A stretch of 43,957 nt of DNA. Origin: an uncultured Candidatus Saccharibacteria bacterium. GTDB lineage: Bacteria; Patescibacteriota; Minisyncoccia; Phycocordibacterales; UBA2100. A model generated the notes under the pieces. The model saw only the letters and a list, made by a program, of their open reading frames with translations. It had not been told where the DNA came from and made no database searches. Both the position numbers and the translations under genes were made by a program. The stretch covers positions 1 to 43,957 of the forward strand of contig CAYIDY010000005.1 of the NCBI GenBank assembly GCA_964362305.1, in the 5' to 3' direction. Numbering within the stretch: position 1 is the first letter of the stretch; the number at the start of each line of letters is the position of its first letter. Positions 29,500 through 39,879 of the stretch are shown here, one piece after another.

Positions 29500-29710
29500 C
29501 TATTCAGGTCCCCGAAAGGGGATTGGGCCTGGATTTCCCATCAAGGGAACAGTGGCTAGTGCAAGAGTGCTAACTCGGAATCCTCCGTAATCGGGATAGC
29601 CAGTGATTGCTGGTGAAAGTCCGCCTCTGGCGGAGAAGTAAGGTGGCACCGTGTCGGAAAGACGCCCTTACATCGCGACAAACTGTCGCGGCGTGAGGGC
29701 GTTTTTTATT
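29500..29710 (+). ncRNA. T-box riboswitch (Trp-specifier candidate) with terminator
   Basis: AAGG-TGGCACC-GTGTC...GACGC-CCTT antiterminator; overlapping terminator ACGCCCTTAC...GTGAGGGCGT plus T run; CCGTAA stem IIA/B-like motif; TGG at 29524-29526. Confidence 0.88.
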
Positions 29711-29718
29711 TGTATTGT

Positions 29719-31076
29719 ATGCAACTACCAAAAATTAAAATAGGTCAGAAACCGACATACGTGAAGGTCGCCGAAGATGTCGACTTCTTTGCACTGTTTC
29801 AAAAAATCGAGCCGCAGTTCGAGACCTGTTTTGTATTCGAGTCACTGGGCGAAGAGGGAAAGTTTGCACGCTATTCAATCATCGGGTTTGACCCAGCACA
29901 TATTGTATCTGCGCGTGGGAAAACGCTTACGTATGACGGCAAAAAATACGTCGTCGAGAATCCATACTACGCACTCCGTGACATTCTGCCGCCCGAGACA
30001 ATCGCCCGCAATTATTCGGGAGGCCTCATAGGATATCTGAGCTACGAAGCGGTGAATTACATGGAATCTGTGGATGTGAAGGTGCACAAAGATTTCGACC
30101 AGTTTCTTTTCGGCGTGTATTTGGACGGATTGGTTTTCGACAAACTCACCAACGAACTTTTCTATTTCTTCTTCGATGTGGACCGAAGCGCGATGCTAAA
30201 AACCATACTCAAAGAGCCTGTTCGAAGCGGAGACTTAACGGTGAAGTTTCTTCGCGATGGTATGAGCAAGGAGGAGCACGAAGTGGTAGTAGAGCGAGTA
30301 AAAGAACACATTCGCGCGGGGAACACGTTTCAATGCGAGGTTGGCTTCAAGAGCGAATACGAAGTGAAAGGGGACACACTGCGCATTTACGAGCGATTGC
30401 GCGAGATAAATCCGTCACCGTTTATGTACTACCTGAAATTCGGTGCGAAGCGAATCATCGGCGCGAGTCCTGAATTATTGTTCTCGCTACGCGATGGCGA
30501 AATGACAACGCGCCCGTTAGCGGGGACTATTCGCCGAGGAAAAGACGAACAAGAAGACCAAAAACTTGCACGCGAACTCCTGAGCGACCCGAAAGAGCGG
30601 GCAGAACACACCATGCTCGTTGATATGCATAGGAACGACATAGGGCGCGTTGCGCGTTTCGGCACTGTGCGCGTGAAAGACCTCATGACCGTGAAGCGAT
30701 TCAGTCACGTACAGCACATGTCGAGCGAAGTCACGGGGATTATTCGCCCGGGCAAAGACATGTTTGACGGCCTCGCTAGCCAGTTTCCGATGGGCACCAT
30801 CTGCGGCACGCCGAAAGTGGAGACGATGAAAATAATTGATGCGAATGAGCCCGAAGCGCGCGGTCCATACGGTGGTGGGGTAGGGCAGTTTGGGTTTAAT
30901 GGCGACTGTACATTTGCCCTCACGCTCCGCTCCATGTTTGTAAGCGGCGAGAAAGCGTACACGCAAACGTGCGGTGGAATTGTCTACGATTCAGAGCCGG
31001 AGAAAGAATATGAGGAAATTAGAAATAAGTCGGCGGCGATGAAAAAGACACTCTCCGTTTTTGAGAAAAAAGACGT

Positions 31077-31080
<4 letters not shown>
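29719..31080 (+). CDS. trpE: Anthranilate synthase component I
   Basis: NPSPFMY, GASPE, RPLAGT, KERAEHTMLVD, RGPYGGGVG; followed by trpG and trpD. Confidence 0.92.
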
Positions 31081-31669
<589 letters not shown>

Positions 31670-31673
<4 letters not shown>

Positions 31674-32689
31674 CACCCGCCGAAATAGTACGAAAGCTCG
31701 TGGAAAGAAAAGATTTGTCTTCACGTGAGGCGAGTGATTTTCTTGGCGGCGTCATGGACGGCTCTGTTTCGCCCACAATGACGGCGGCGATTTTGACGGC
31801 GCTACGAATGAAGGGGGAGAGTACTAATGAAGTTGTTGGATTTGTAAGCGCAATGCGCGCGCATATGGTGAAAGTCAGTGCCCCGGGAGCGATGGACGTG
31901 GTGGGTACCGGAGGTGATGGCAGCAATACATTCAATGTTTCAACAACCGCGGCGTTTGTTGTCGCGGGGGCAGGCGTCTTCGTCGCAAAACACGGCAATC
32001 GCGCAGCAAGTAGCAAGTGTGGCAGCGCGGATGTGCTCGAAGCACTCGGCGTGAACATTCAACTTTCAAAAGAGCAGGCGGAGACGGTATTCAAGAAGGT
32101 TGGATTCGTATTTATGCTCGCACCGCTTTTCCATCCGTCGACGAAGAATGTCGCTGCGGTGCGCAAAGAGTTAAAAATCCGAACCATTTTCAATGTGCTC
32201 GGCCCTTTGGCGAACCCAGCGGGAACGACGGTGCAGCTAACCGGCGTACCGGATGAGGCTTCGGCGAAAAGGCTTGCGTCCGTCGCGGCTAAACTAGGCT
32301 ACAAACGAAATCTTCTCGTGACGTGTGCCGGAATGGATGAGGTAGGACTGAATACACCAACCGTTGCATATGAAGTGAAGGGTACGAAGGTGCGACGATT
32401 CTCCATCAATCCACGGCAGCTCGGTTTCAAAAAAGTCCCGCCAAAGACACTTTTGGGTGGCGACGCAAAAGAGAACGCAGCAATACTAGAGGCGATTTTA
32501 AAGGGGGAAAAAGGTCCGCGACGGGACATGGTGGTCTTAAACAGCGCGTGCGCGCTCTACACCGCAGGGAAGGCACGAACCATTCGAGAGGCGATACCGC
32601 TCGCTATCCACAGTATCGATAGTGGCGCCGCGTACGGTATACTTTCCAGCTTGCGGCGAGAAACACAAAAGCTTGCCCAGAACGCATGA
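31670..32689 (+). CDS. trpD: Anthranilate phosphoribosyltransferase
   Basis: DVVGTGGDG, KHGNRAASSKCGSAD, RTIFNVLGPLANP. Confidence 0.96.
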
Positions 32690-33963
32690 GCTCCATTTCA
32701 CTCACACCACAAGCCTCTCCCGTAGAGGCAACCGTCGATATTCCAGGCTCCAAGAGTTACACCAATCGTGCACTATTAATAGCCTCGCTTACGCCGGGAG
32801 TCGTTGAAATTGTTCGCCCCCTCATTAGTGATGACACCGAAGCAATGTTGTCGTGTTTGGGCGCGCTCGGTATCCAGAGCTCGCGAACCTATAGCGGCAT
32901 TCGTATTAGCAACGATATCAGTGCAACAAAAGCAGGCGCGATTGATCTCGATGCACGTATCTCTGGCACGACAATCCGGTTTATCCTCGCGTTGTCGTGC
33001 GTGCTTCCCGGCACAAAAACAGTGCATGGAGAGGCGCCGTTGAACAAGCGCCCTATAAAAGATTTGGTAGACGCATTAAGGCAGCTGGGGGCAGAAATCG
33101 AATATACGGGTCAAGAAGGGTTTCCGCCGCTTCGCGTCTCCTCTTCCAAACTCCGCCCGGGCACCGTGCGAATGTCGGGCTCAATAAGCAGTCAATATCT
33201 TTCTGCATTACTCATGGTCGCGCCTCTCATCGGAGAGGTAATTATCGAAGTCGAAGGCGAGCAAATTTCAAAGCCGTATATTGATATGACCATTGAGACG
33301 ATGCGTGAGTGCGGCGTATCTGTTGTGAACGATAGCTACAAGCGTTATGTGATTCCAGCGGGGCACCAGTACTCTGTTCGAGAGTTTTTCATTGAGGGGG
33401 ACGTATCAAGTGCCGGGTATTTTGCGGCGATTGCAGCCATAACGAAATCAACAATAACGCTCGCACATATGAATCCCAAGTCTCTTCAGGCGGATATGGG
33501 GTTTTTGAAGATTCTCGAACAAATGGGCAACGAGATTGTCTACGAAGAAAGAGCAATTACCGTTGTGGGAAAAGGAGTGAAAGCGATGGAGGTTGATATG
33601 GAGCACTGCCCTGACCAAGCGCAGACGCTCGCGGTACTTGCCGCGTTTGCGCCGGGAAAGACAGTAATCAGCGGTGTACGCTCGCTGCGCGTTAAAGAAA
33701 CAGAGCGCGTAAAGGCACTCGAGCAAGAGCTTGCGAAGATGGGTATCAAAACCGAATCGACGAATGACGTGCTCACAATCTACGGTGGAAGCCCCCAGGC
33801 GGCAACGATAGACACCTATGGCGACCATCGCATGGCCATGTCATTTGCCGTTGCCGGAGCTGTGCTTCCCGGTATGCGTATCAACAACCCCGAAGTTGTG
33901 GGCAAGACATTTCCTGATTTTTGGGACAAACTACAGAGTATTGGCATAGCAATACATTCATGA
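32686..33963 (+). CDS. aroA: EPSP synthase
   Basis: PGSKSYTNR, SSQYLSALL, LRVKETER, DHRMAMS. Confidence 0.96.
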   Translation: MSSISLTPQASPVEATVDIPGSKSYTNRALLIASLTPGVVEIVRPLISDDTEAMLSCLGALGIQSSRTYSGIRISNDISATKAGAIDLDARISGTTIRFILALSCVLPGTKTVHGEAPLNKRPIKDLVDALRQLGAEIEYTGQEGFPPLRVSSSKLRPGTVRMSGSISSQYLSALLMVAPLIGEVIIEVEGEQISKPYIDMTIETMRECGVSVVNDSYKRYVIPAGHQYSVREFFIEGDVSSAGYFAAIAAITKSTITLAHMNPKSLQADMGFLKILEQMGNEIVYEERAITVVGKGVKAMEVDMEHCPDQAQTLAVLAAFAPGKTVISGVRSLRVKETERVKALEQELAKMGIKTESTNDVLTIYGGSPQAATIDTYGDHRMAMSFAVAGAVLPGMRINNPEVVGKTFPDFWDKLQSIGIAIHS

Positions 33964-34481
33964 ACATCATACTTATCGGAATGCGCGGAAGTGGAAAATC
34001 GACGATTGGAAGTATGCTCGCGCAGCGTTTGGGTAAAGATTTCCGCGAACTCGATGCGGAAGTGGAAGAGCTTGAAGGAATGACCATCAGAGAAATGGTC
34101 GAGAAGCACGGATGGGATTATTTTCGAGACAGGGAGACCGAAATCGCGCGCGATGCAGGGAAGAGCGATAACGCCGTCGTTTCCACAGGTGGAGGCGTCA
34201 TCATTCGAATGGAAAATATAGAGGCGCTCAAGCAGAATGGGATTTGCATATATCTACGAACACCGCTGCATGTCCTCCTTCAGCGTATCGGCGGTGAAGC
34301 ATCAAAGCTTCCACGACTTACCAATGAGACGAGTATCGCGGAAGAGATGAGCAAGGTGATGGAAGGTCGTGCGCCGCGCTATGAGGCCGCTGCGGAAGAA
34401 ATTGTGGACACGGAATTTCAGTCGGTTGAACAAGTTGTCGAAGAAGTGTTGCACAGACTTCAAAAGAGGCATATAGAGTAG
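33960..34481 (+). CDS. aroK: Shikimate kinase
   Basis: [10 protein letters not shown]-loop, [14 protein letters not shown]; ATGA overlap with aroA. Confidence 0.95.
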   Translation: MNIILIGMRGSGKSTIGSMLAQRLGKDFRELDAEVEELEGMTIREMVEKHGWDYFRDRETEIARDAGKSDNAVVSTGGGVIIRMENIEALKQNGICIYLRTPLHVLLQRIGGEASKLPRLTNETSIAEEMSKVMEGRAPRYEAAAEEIVDTEFQSVEQVVEEVLHRLQKRHIE

Positions 34482-34483
34482 AC

Positions 34484-35569
34484 ATGGCGGGGAACTCTTT
34501 TGGGCAACTGTTTCGCATCACTACCTTCGGTGAGTCGCATGGCGGTGCGGTGGGGGTGGTGGTTGATGGCTGCCCACCCGGGATTGAAATTACCGAAGAA
34601 GAAATACAAGTACAGCTCGACCGCCGAAGACCCGGGCAGAGTCACATCACAACGCCGCGAAAAGAGGCGGACACCATAAAGATTCTTTCTGGGTATTTTG
34701 AAGGAAAGACAACCGGCACGCCGATGCTTCTTATCGCATACAACGCCGACACGCGCTCAGAGGATTATCACGATTTGATGCAGGCGTATCGTCCGTCGCA
34801 TGCCGATTACACGTATGAAGCAAAATACGGTTTTCGTGATTGGAGAGGAAGTGGCCGCGCATCGGCGCGCGAGACTCTGGCGCGAGTTGCGGCTGCAGCA
34901 ATAGCACAAAAGTATTTAAAGGAAAAAGCAGGCATCGAATTCTTGAGCTACGTTGAGCAGGTAGGGGACATTAAAGCGAACGTGGATTTTGAAACTGTGC
35001 AGATGAAAGATATCGAGTCCAACATCATTCGCTGCCCGGACCAAAAGACAGCAGAGAAAATGATTGCGCTTGTCGAGAAAGTAAAAGCAGAAGGCGATTC
35101 CATCGGCGGCGTCATTTGTGGCGTGATTCGCAATGTTCCCGCAGGGCTTGGAGAGCCGGTATTTGATAAATTAAGTGCGGACTTAGGCAAAGCAATGCTC
35201 TCAATTAATGCTGTCAAAGGCTTTGAAATCGGTTCAGGATTTGAAGGTACGAAGCTGCGTGGCAGTCAGCACAATGATCCCATGTACACCGATGCCTCGG
35301 GTAAAGTGCGCACGAAAACGAACAACGCAGGTGGCACCGTCGGGGGTATTTCAAATGGCGAAACCATCCACTTCCGCGTCGCATTCAAACCGGTCTCGAC
35401 AATCGGCAAAGAGCAAGACACGGTCACGCGCGACAAAAAGGCGACCAAGCTCGCCGCCGCCGGCCGTCACGACCCCTGCGTTCTCCCGCGTGCAATCCCG
35501 ATAGTGGATGCGATGTCAGCGCTTGTAATAATGGACCACTATTTGCGCAACAGGGCGCAAAATCTGTAA
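34484..35569 (+). CDS. aroC: Chorismate synthase
   Basis: TFGESHG, RPSHAD, SARET, GRHDPC. Confidence 0.97.
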   Translation: MAGNSFGQLFRITTFGESHGGAVGVVVDGCPPGIEITEEEIQVQLDRRRPGQSHITTPRKEADTIKILSGYFEGKTTGTPMLLIAYNADTRSEDYHDLMQAYRPSHADYTYEAKYGFRDWRGSGRASARETLARVAAAAIAQKYLKEKAGIEFLSYVEQVGDIKANVDFETVQMKDIESNIIRCPDQKTAEKMIALVEKVKAEGDSIGGVICGVIRNVPAGLGEPVFDKLSADLGKAMLSINAVKGFEIGSGFEGTKLRGSQHNDPMYTDASGKVRTKTNNAGGTVGGISNGETIHFRVAFKPVSTIGKEQDTVTRDKKATKLAAAGRHDPCVLPRAIPIVDAMSALVIMDHYLRNRAQNL

Positions 35570-35619
35570 AGATTTGGCCCCACCCTCCAGCATCACGCTC
35601 AGAGAATGGGGCCGGGAAC

Positions 35620-35742
35620 TCAGATGAGCCCGAGCCACTTGGCTAGGGCAACAGTTCCAATCGCCAAAACGAAGGCGATGTCGGAGCGGTCCTGCGCAAC
35701 GATACGCAGGCCATCATAGAGTCCCCTGATGAGGGTTCTCAT
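35620..35742 (-). CDS. Putative 40-aa small membrane protein (below ORF-track cutoff)
   Basis: MRTLIRGLYDGLRIVAQDRSDIAFVLAIGTVALAKWLGLI; TGaTAGCAT-7nt-ATG. Confidence 0.5.
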   Translation of the reverse strand: MRTLIRGLYDGLRIVAQDRSDIAFVLAIGTVALAKWLGLI

Positions 35743-35768
35743 AGTAGGGATGCTATCAAGAAAACTTT

Positions 35769-36548
35769 TTAGAGCAATTTTTGTAAAGTTTTCGAAAGCG
35801 AAGCGATTCCACTTTTGTGCTTTCGTATTTCAGCAACAAACACACTTCCTGCAATAACGATATCAGCGAATTTGGAAAGTTTGCGAACATCGGCTCGGGA
35901 TTTGACGCCGAAGCCGACGGCGACTGGGAGGTCACTGGTGTTGCGAAGGAGATTTACGAAACGGGGAAGGACGGAAGAAAACATGCTGGTCGCGCCGGTG
36001 ATACCTTGACGCGATGTGCAGTACCAGAAACCGCTGCCGCTCTTTGCGAGAGTCGCGAGGCGTTCCTGCGGGACACCAGGGGAAACAACGGGAATGAGCG
36101 CGATGCCGGCGGATTGGCAGCTTGCGATTAGCTCCCAGCCTTCTTTTGTATCGAATGGGCAATCGGGGACGATAATGCCGGAAGCGCCATTTTTCGCGAT
36201 TGTGGCGATGAATTTTGAAATGCCGTAGCGGTAGACAGGGTTAATGTAACTCATGACAACCACAGGTTTCCCAAGAGCTGCCACTTTTTTTATAACACCG
36301 AGCGCTTTCTCCACCGTCGCGCCTTTCTTGAGCGCATCTTCAGAGGCGACTGCGATAGTCGGGCCGTCGGCCATAGGGTCGGAGAAGGGGATTTGTACTT
36401 CGATAATATCGGCGCCACCTTTCACCAGCGCCTTTGCCACATTCACAGAATCTGCAATGGTCGGATATCCCGCAATCATGTGCGCCATAAATAGGGCTTT
36501 TTTGCCGCGTGGTTGGCCCAACAGTTCTGAGAGTTTAGTAGCGGCCAT
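35769..36548 (-). CDS. trpA: Tryptophan synthase alpha subunit
   Basis: IPFSDPMADGPTI, MSYINP, GITG, VGFGV. Confidence 0.95.
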   Translation of the reverse strand: MAATKLSELLGQPRGKKALFMAHMIAGYPTIADSVNVAKALVKGGADIIEVQIPFSDPMADGPTIAVASEDALKKGATVEKALGVIKKVAALGKPVVVMSYINPVYRYGISKFIATIAKNGASGIIVPDCPFDTKEGWELIASCQSAGIALIPVVSPGVPQERLATLAKSGSGFWYCTSRQGITGATSMFSSVLPRFVNLLRNTSDLPVAVGFGVKSRADVRKLSKFADIVIAGSVFVAEIRKHKSGIASLSKTLQKLL

Positions 36549-37737
36549 ATTCATCTTTAAGAAACTCGCGGAAACTTTTGTCTTTAAATGCGCGAGCAAA
36601 ATTAAAAAGGTCTTTGTCACCGCGTCCAGAGAGGGTAGCGACAATGATTGAGTGTTTCGGCATTTTCGGTGCAATCTTCATGACTTCCGCGAGCGCGTGT
36701 GCGCTTTCGAGCGCGGAAATTACGCCTTCGTGTTTTGCAAAGAAATCAACGGCCGCAACAGCCTCCTTGTCGAGTGCGTACGTAAGCTCCAGCCTGCCGT
36801 TTGTGTAGAGCGTAGCAAGTTCCGGCCCGATGCCCGGGTAGTCGAGCCCTGCCGAAATGGAATGCGTCGGCGCGATTTGTCCGTCTTCCGTCTGCAAGAA
36901 GAGTGATTTGTATCCTTGGAAGATTCCTTTTTCTCCTGCGAGTTTGCGCGAAGAATGTTGCCCAACCTTTTTTCCGATTCCCCCTGCTTCAACGCCGATA
37001 AGTTTCGCAGGTGTTTCAATGAATTCATAAAAACTACCGATTGCATTTGAGCCGCCGCCAACGCACGCAACTACCGCGTCGGGGAGGCGTCCTTCGCGTT
37101 TCTCCAACTCCTCACGTATTTCGCGTCCAATCACCGATTGGAAGTAGCGATTCATTTCAGGGTAGGGAGCAGGGCCGAGAACCGAACCGATACAGTAATG
37201 TGCGTTGTCCAAATTCTCCATCCAGAATTTGAGCGCCTCGTTCACCGCGTCTTTCAGTGTTTTCGAGCCGTGTTCAACGGGCACAACTTTTGCCCCAAGG
37301 CGTTCCATTAGAAAGACATTCGGCCTCTGACGGCGAATGTCTTCGCTTCCCATAAACACGATGCATTCGAGTCCGAGTTTTGCAGCGACCGTTGCCGTTG
37401 CGACGCCGTGTTGTCCCGCACCGGTTTCTGCAATCAGCATTCGCTTTCCGAGACGCTTCGCAAGAAGTCCCTGCCCGAGGCAGTGCGTGATTTTGTGCGC
37501 GCCCGTATGGTTTGCCCCCTCGTTTTTCAGGTAAATTTTTGCACCACCAAGTTTTCTGGTGGCGCGTTCGGCGAAGATAAGCGGTGTTGGTCGTCCGGAA
37601 AAGTTTTTCAGGAGTTCTTGAAATTCCTTTTGGAACACTTCGTCCTCTTTAGCGCGGGTAAACTCTACAATTAATTTCTGCAGTGTCTCCCACATCATTT
37701 CCGGAACATAGGCTCCACCAAAGGTTTCGTTACTCAT
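36535..37737 (-). CDS. trpB: Tryptophan synthase beta subunit
   Basis: HTGAHKI, ETGAGQHG, CVGGGSNA, SAGLDYPG, SGRGDKD. Confidence 0.97.
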   Translation of the reverse strand: MSNETFGGAYVPEMMWETLQKLIVEFTRAKEDEVFQKEFQELLKNFSGRPTPLIFAERATRKLGGAKIYLKNEGANHTGAHKITHCLGQGLLAKRLGKRMLIAETGAGQHGVATATVAAKLGLECIVFMGSEDIRRQRPNVFLMERLGAKVVPVEHGSKTLKDAVNEALKFWMENLDNAHYCIGSVLGPAPYPEMNRYFQSVIGREIREELEKREGRLPDAVVACVGGGSNAIGSFYEFIETPAKLIGVEAGGIGKKVGQHSSRKLAGEKGIFQGYKSLFLQTEDGQIAPTHSISAGLDYPGIGPELATLYTNGRLELTYALDKEAVAAVDFFAKHEGVISALESAHALAEVMKIAPKMPKHSIIVATLSGRGDKDLFNFARAFKDKSFREFLKDEYGRY

Positions 37738-38512
37738 GAAGTGCGCGCTTTAAGTCAGCTATCTGCGAAATCGGGTTCTCCGAACGCAAGATAGAGGTAC
37801 CGACGAGGATACCACGCGCGCCTGCGGCGCGCACCCGCCGCACGTCTTCGGCCGTTTCAATGCCTGACTCGCTCACGACGGGAATATCGCGCGGGATTTT
37901 GGTGATGAGGTGCTCGGTTGTCGCCAAGTCGATTTTCAGCGTTCGCAAATCACGGTTGTTGATACCGATTACTTGTGCGCGTGCCGCAAGCGCTTTTTCG
38001 ACATCTGCTTCGTCATGCACTTCTACCAAGGCGTCGAGGCCGAGCGATAAGCCCAGCTGAATAAACGACGCGAGAGTTTCGCGAGGGAGGATGGCAGCGA
38101 TAAGTAAAAAGCAATCGGCTCCGGCAATCGCAGCTTCATATATTTGGTACGGGTCGATGATGAATTCTTTGCGCAAGACAGTTTGTGGCACAAGGCCTCG
38201 CACGCTTTTGAGAAGACCCAAACTTCCGCCAAAGTATTTTTCGTCAGTCAAAACAGAAATGACATCGGCCTCGCTTTTTGCATACAGTTCAGCAACATCA
38301 AAAGGGGATTGGGGAATCAGTTCTCCGGCAGAAGGGGACTTTGGCTTTATTTCTGCAATGAGGACGGGACCCTTTTCAAACAGCTCTCGAAACGGTCGGC
38401 GAGTTTGTACAAGCGAACGTGCCTCTTCCTCAATCGCAACGACCGACTTCGCCTGCTTCGCCGCCTCGATTTCAAGCCGCTTTGTTGCTACTATCTCGTC
38501 CAAGATGTTCAT
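37730..38512 (-). CDS. trpC: Indole-3-glycerol phosphate synthase
   Basis: IAEIKPKSPS, SVLTDEKYFGGS, GINNRDL, SESGI. Confidence 0.96.
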   Translation of the reverse strand: MNILDEIVATKRLEIEAAKQAKSVVAIEEEARSLVQTRRPFRELFEKGPVLIAEIKPKSPSAGELIPQSPFDVAELYAKSEADVISVLTDEKYFGGSLGLLKSVRGLVPQTVLRKEFIIDPYQIYEAAIAGADCFLLIAAILPRETLASFIQLGLSLGLDALVEVHDEADVEKALAARAQVIGINNRDLRTLKIDLATTEHLITKIPRDIPVVSESGIETAEDVRRVRAAGARGILVGTSILRSENPISQIADLKRALHE

Positions 38513-38615
38513 TCGATATTGATACAGTAACAATTGCCAGGAGTCCACAATCTAAAATACATACTCGTGTCGTCAGCGCGTTGCCAAGGGTTGCTTATCT
38601 GATAACCTAGAAACC

Positions 38616-39155
38616 ATGTCAGACCTGGAAAAACAGTTCAACTTAGCAGAGAGGAATCCAGATCAAGGGGGCGGCATTCTCTACTGTATGCGCTACAGTG
38701 GCGAACATATTGATGAACATCACGCACAAATAGTGGAGGCTCTAAAGCGAATGGGAATTACATTTACTGATGAAGGTGACAACATTGGCGCGCGCGCTGA
38801 TACGGAATTAAGTCCAGAGGCGGAAAGACAGGTCACTCTTCTTCTCGAGGAGTTGTCGGTAATCAACGAGGCAAGAGAATACAAGGAAGCTGGACTCGAC
38901 GATGTTAAAAATATCCGCGAGTTGAGTGATTATCTCATTTCGACATTCTACTCGTTACTTAAATCGAAGAATATATCTGACGCATACAATTTTGTGACAG
39001 TATTTATACCAAGAATTATTAGCGATATCTCGCTAGCGGATCGGCAAAATAAAGTTCTTACGAATCAAGATCGTGCTGCACTTGATAAACTATCTGAATT
39101 TATGAAGTCTAAGGAGAAGCAATTGAACTCGCACAGAATTACGATCTTGTCTTGA
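38616..39155 (+). CDS. Hypothetical protein
   Basis: 179-aa ORF with TTGCCA-16nt-TAACCT-7nt-ATG; no recognised motif. Confidence 0.65.
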   Translation: MSDLEKQFNLAERNPDQGGGILYCMRYSGEHIDEHHAQIVEALKRMGITFTDEGDNIGARADTELSPEAERQVTLLLEELSVINEAREYKEAGLDDVKNIRELSDYLISTFYSLLKSKNISDAYNFVTVFIPRIISDISLADRQNKVLTNQDRAALDKLSEFMKSKEKQLNSHRITILS

Positions 39156-39186
39156 GGGAGTAACTTGAGGTAAGCGTGGACGTTCT

Positions 39187-39825
39187 ATGACAAGAGTAAA
39201 AATCTGCGGCATAAAAACACTCAACGACGCGAAGGCAGTTGTTGATGCAGGAGCGGATGCACTCGGATTTCTCGTTGATATTAAGGGCGCAAAAAATTCC
39301 GTGGGCTCGGCAACCGCTGCGGCAATCATTGCGCAGTTGCCGCCGTTTGTATCGAGTGTGGCGGTGACGACGGAAACCGATGCAAAAGCGATTTTGCGCA
39401 TCGTACGGAATGCGCGGGCAAATACTATTCAGTTGCAAGGCAAGGTGACACCCGACACAGTGCGAGCGGTGAAAGTATTTTTTGTAAAAGTGTATGTGGC
39501 GATTCACGTGACCGACGAAAACGCGATTGAAGATGCAAAGAAATTTGAAGACGCGGCGGATGCCATCATTCTCGACAGCACCGACAAAACGGGCGCTCTT
39601 GGCGGCACAGGGAAGACGCATGATTGGAGTATCAGCAAAAAGATTGTTGAATCAGTTTCGATTCCTGTGATTTTGGCGGGAGGTCTCACTCCCGACAATG
39701 TTGCCGAAGCTATTCAAAAAGTCCGCCCGTATGCAGTTGATGTGCAGAGCGGCGTTTCGAATCCTGATGGCTCGAAAGATATTGAGAAGGTGAGAGCCTT
39801 CATCCAAAGCGCAAGAGCGGCATAA
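39187..39825 (+). CDS. trpF: Phosphoribosylanthranilate isomerase
   Basis: VKICGI, GADALGF, GGTGKTHDW, LAGGLTPDNV. Confidence 0.95.
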   Translation: MTRVKICGIKTLNDAKAVVDAGADALGFLVDIKGAKNSVGSATAAAIIAQLPPFVSSVAVTTETDAKAILRIVRNARANTIQLQGKVTPDTVRAVKVFFVKVYVAIHVTDENAIEDAKKFEDAADAIILDSTDKTGALGGTGKTHDWSISKKIVESVSIPVILAGGLTPDNVAEAIQKVRPYAVDVQSGVSNPDGSKDIEKVRAFIQSARAA

Positions 39826-39879
39826 AATCTTTGTGAGGCCCCTCGAAAATGAAATAGCTTTGTGTGATATCTTTCAGGA

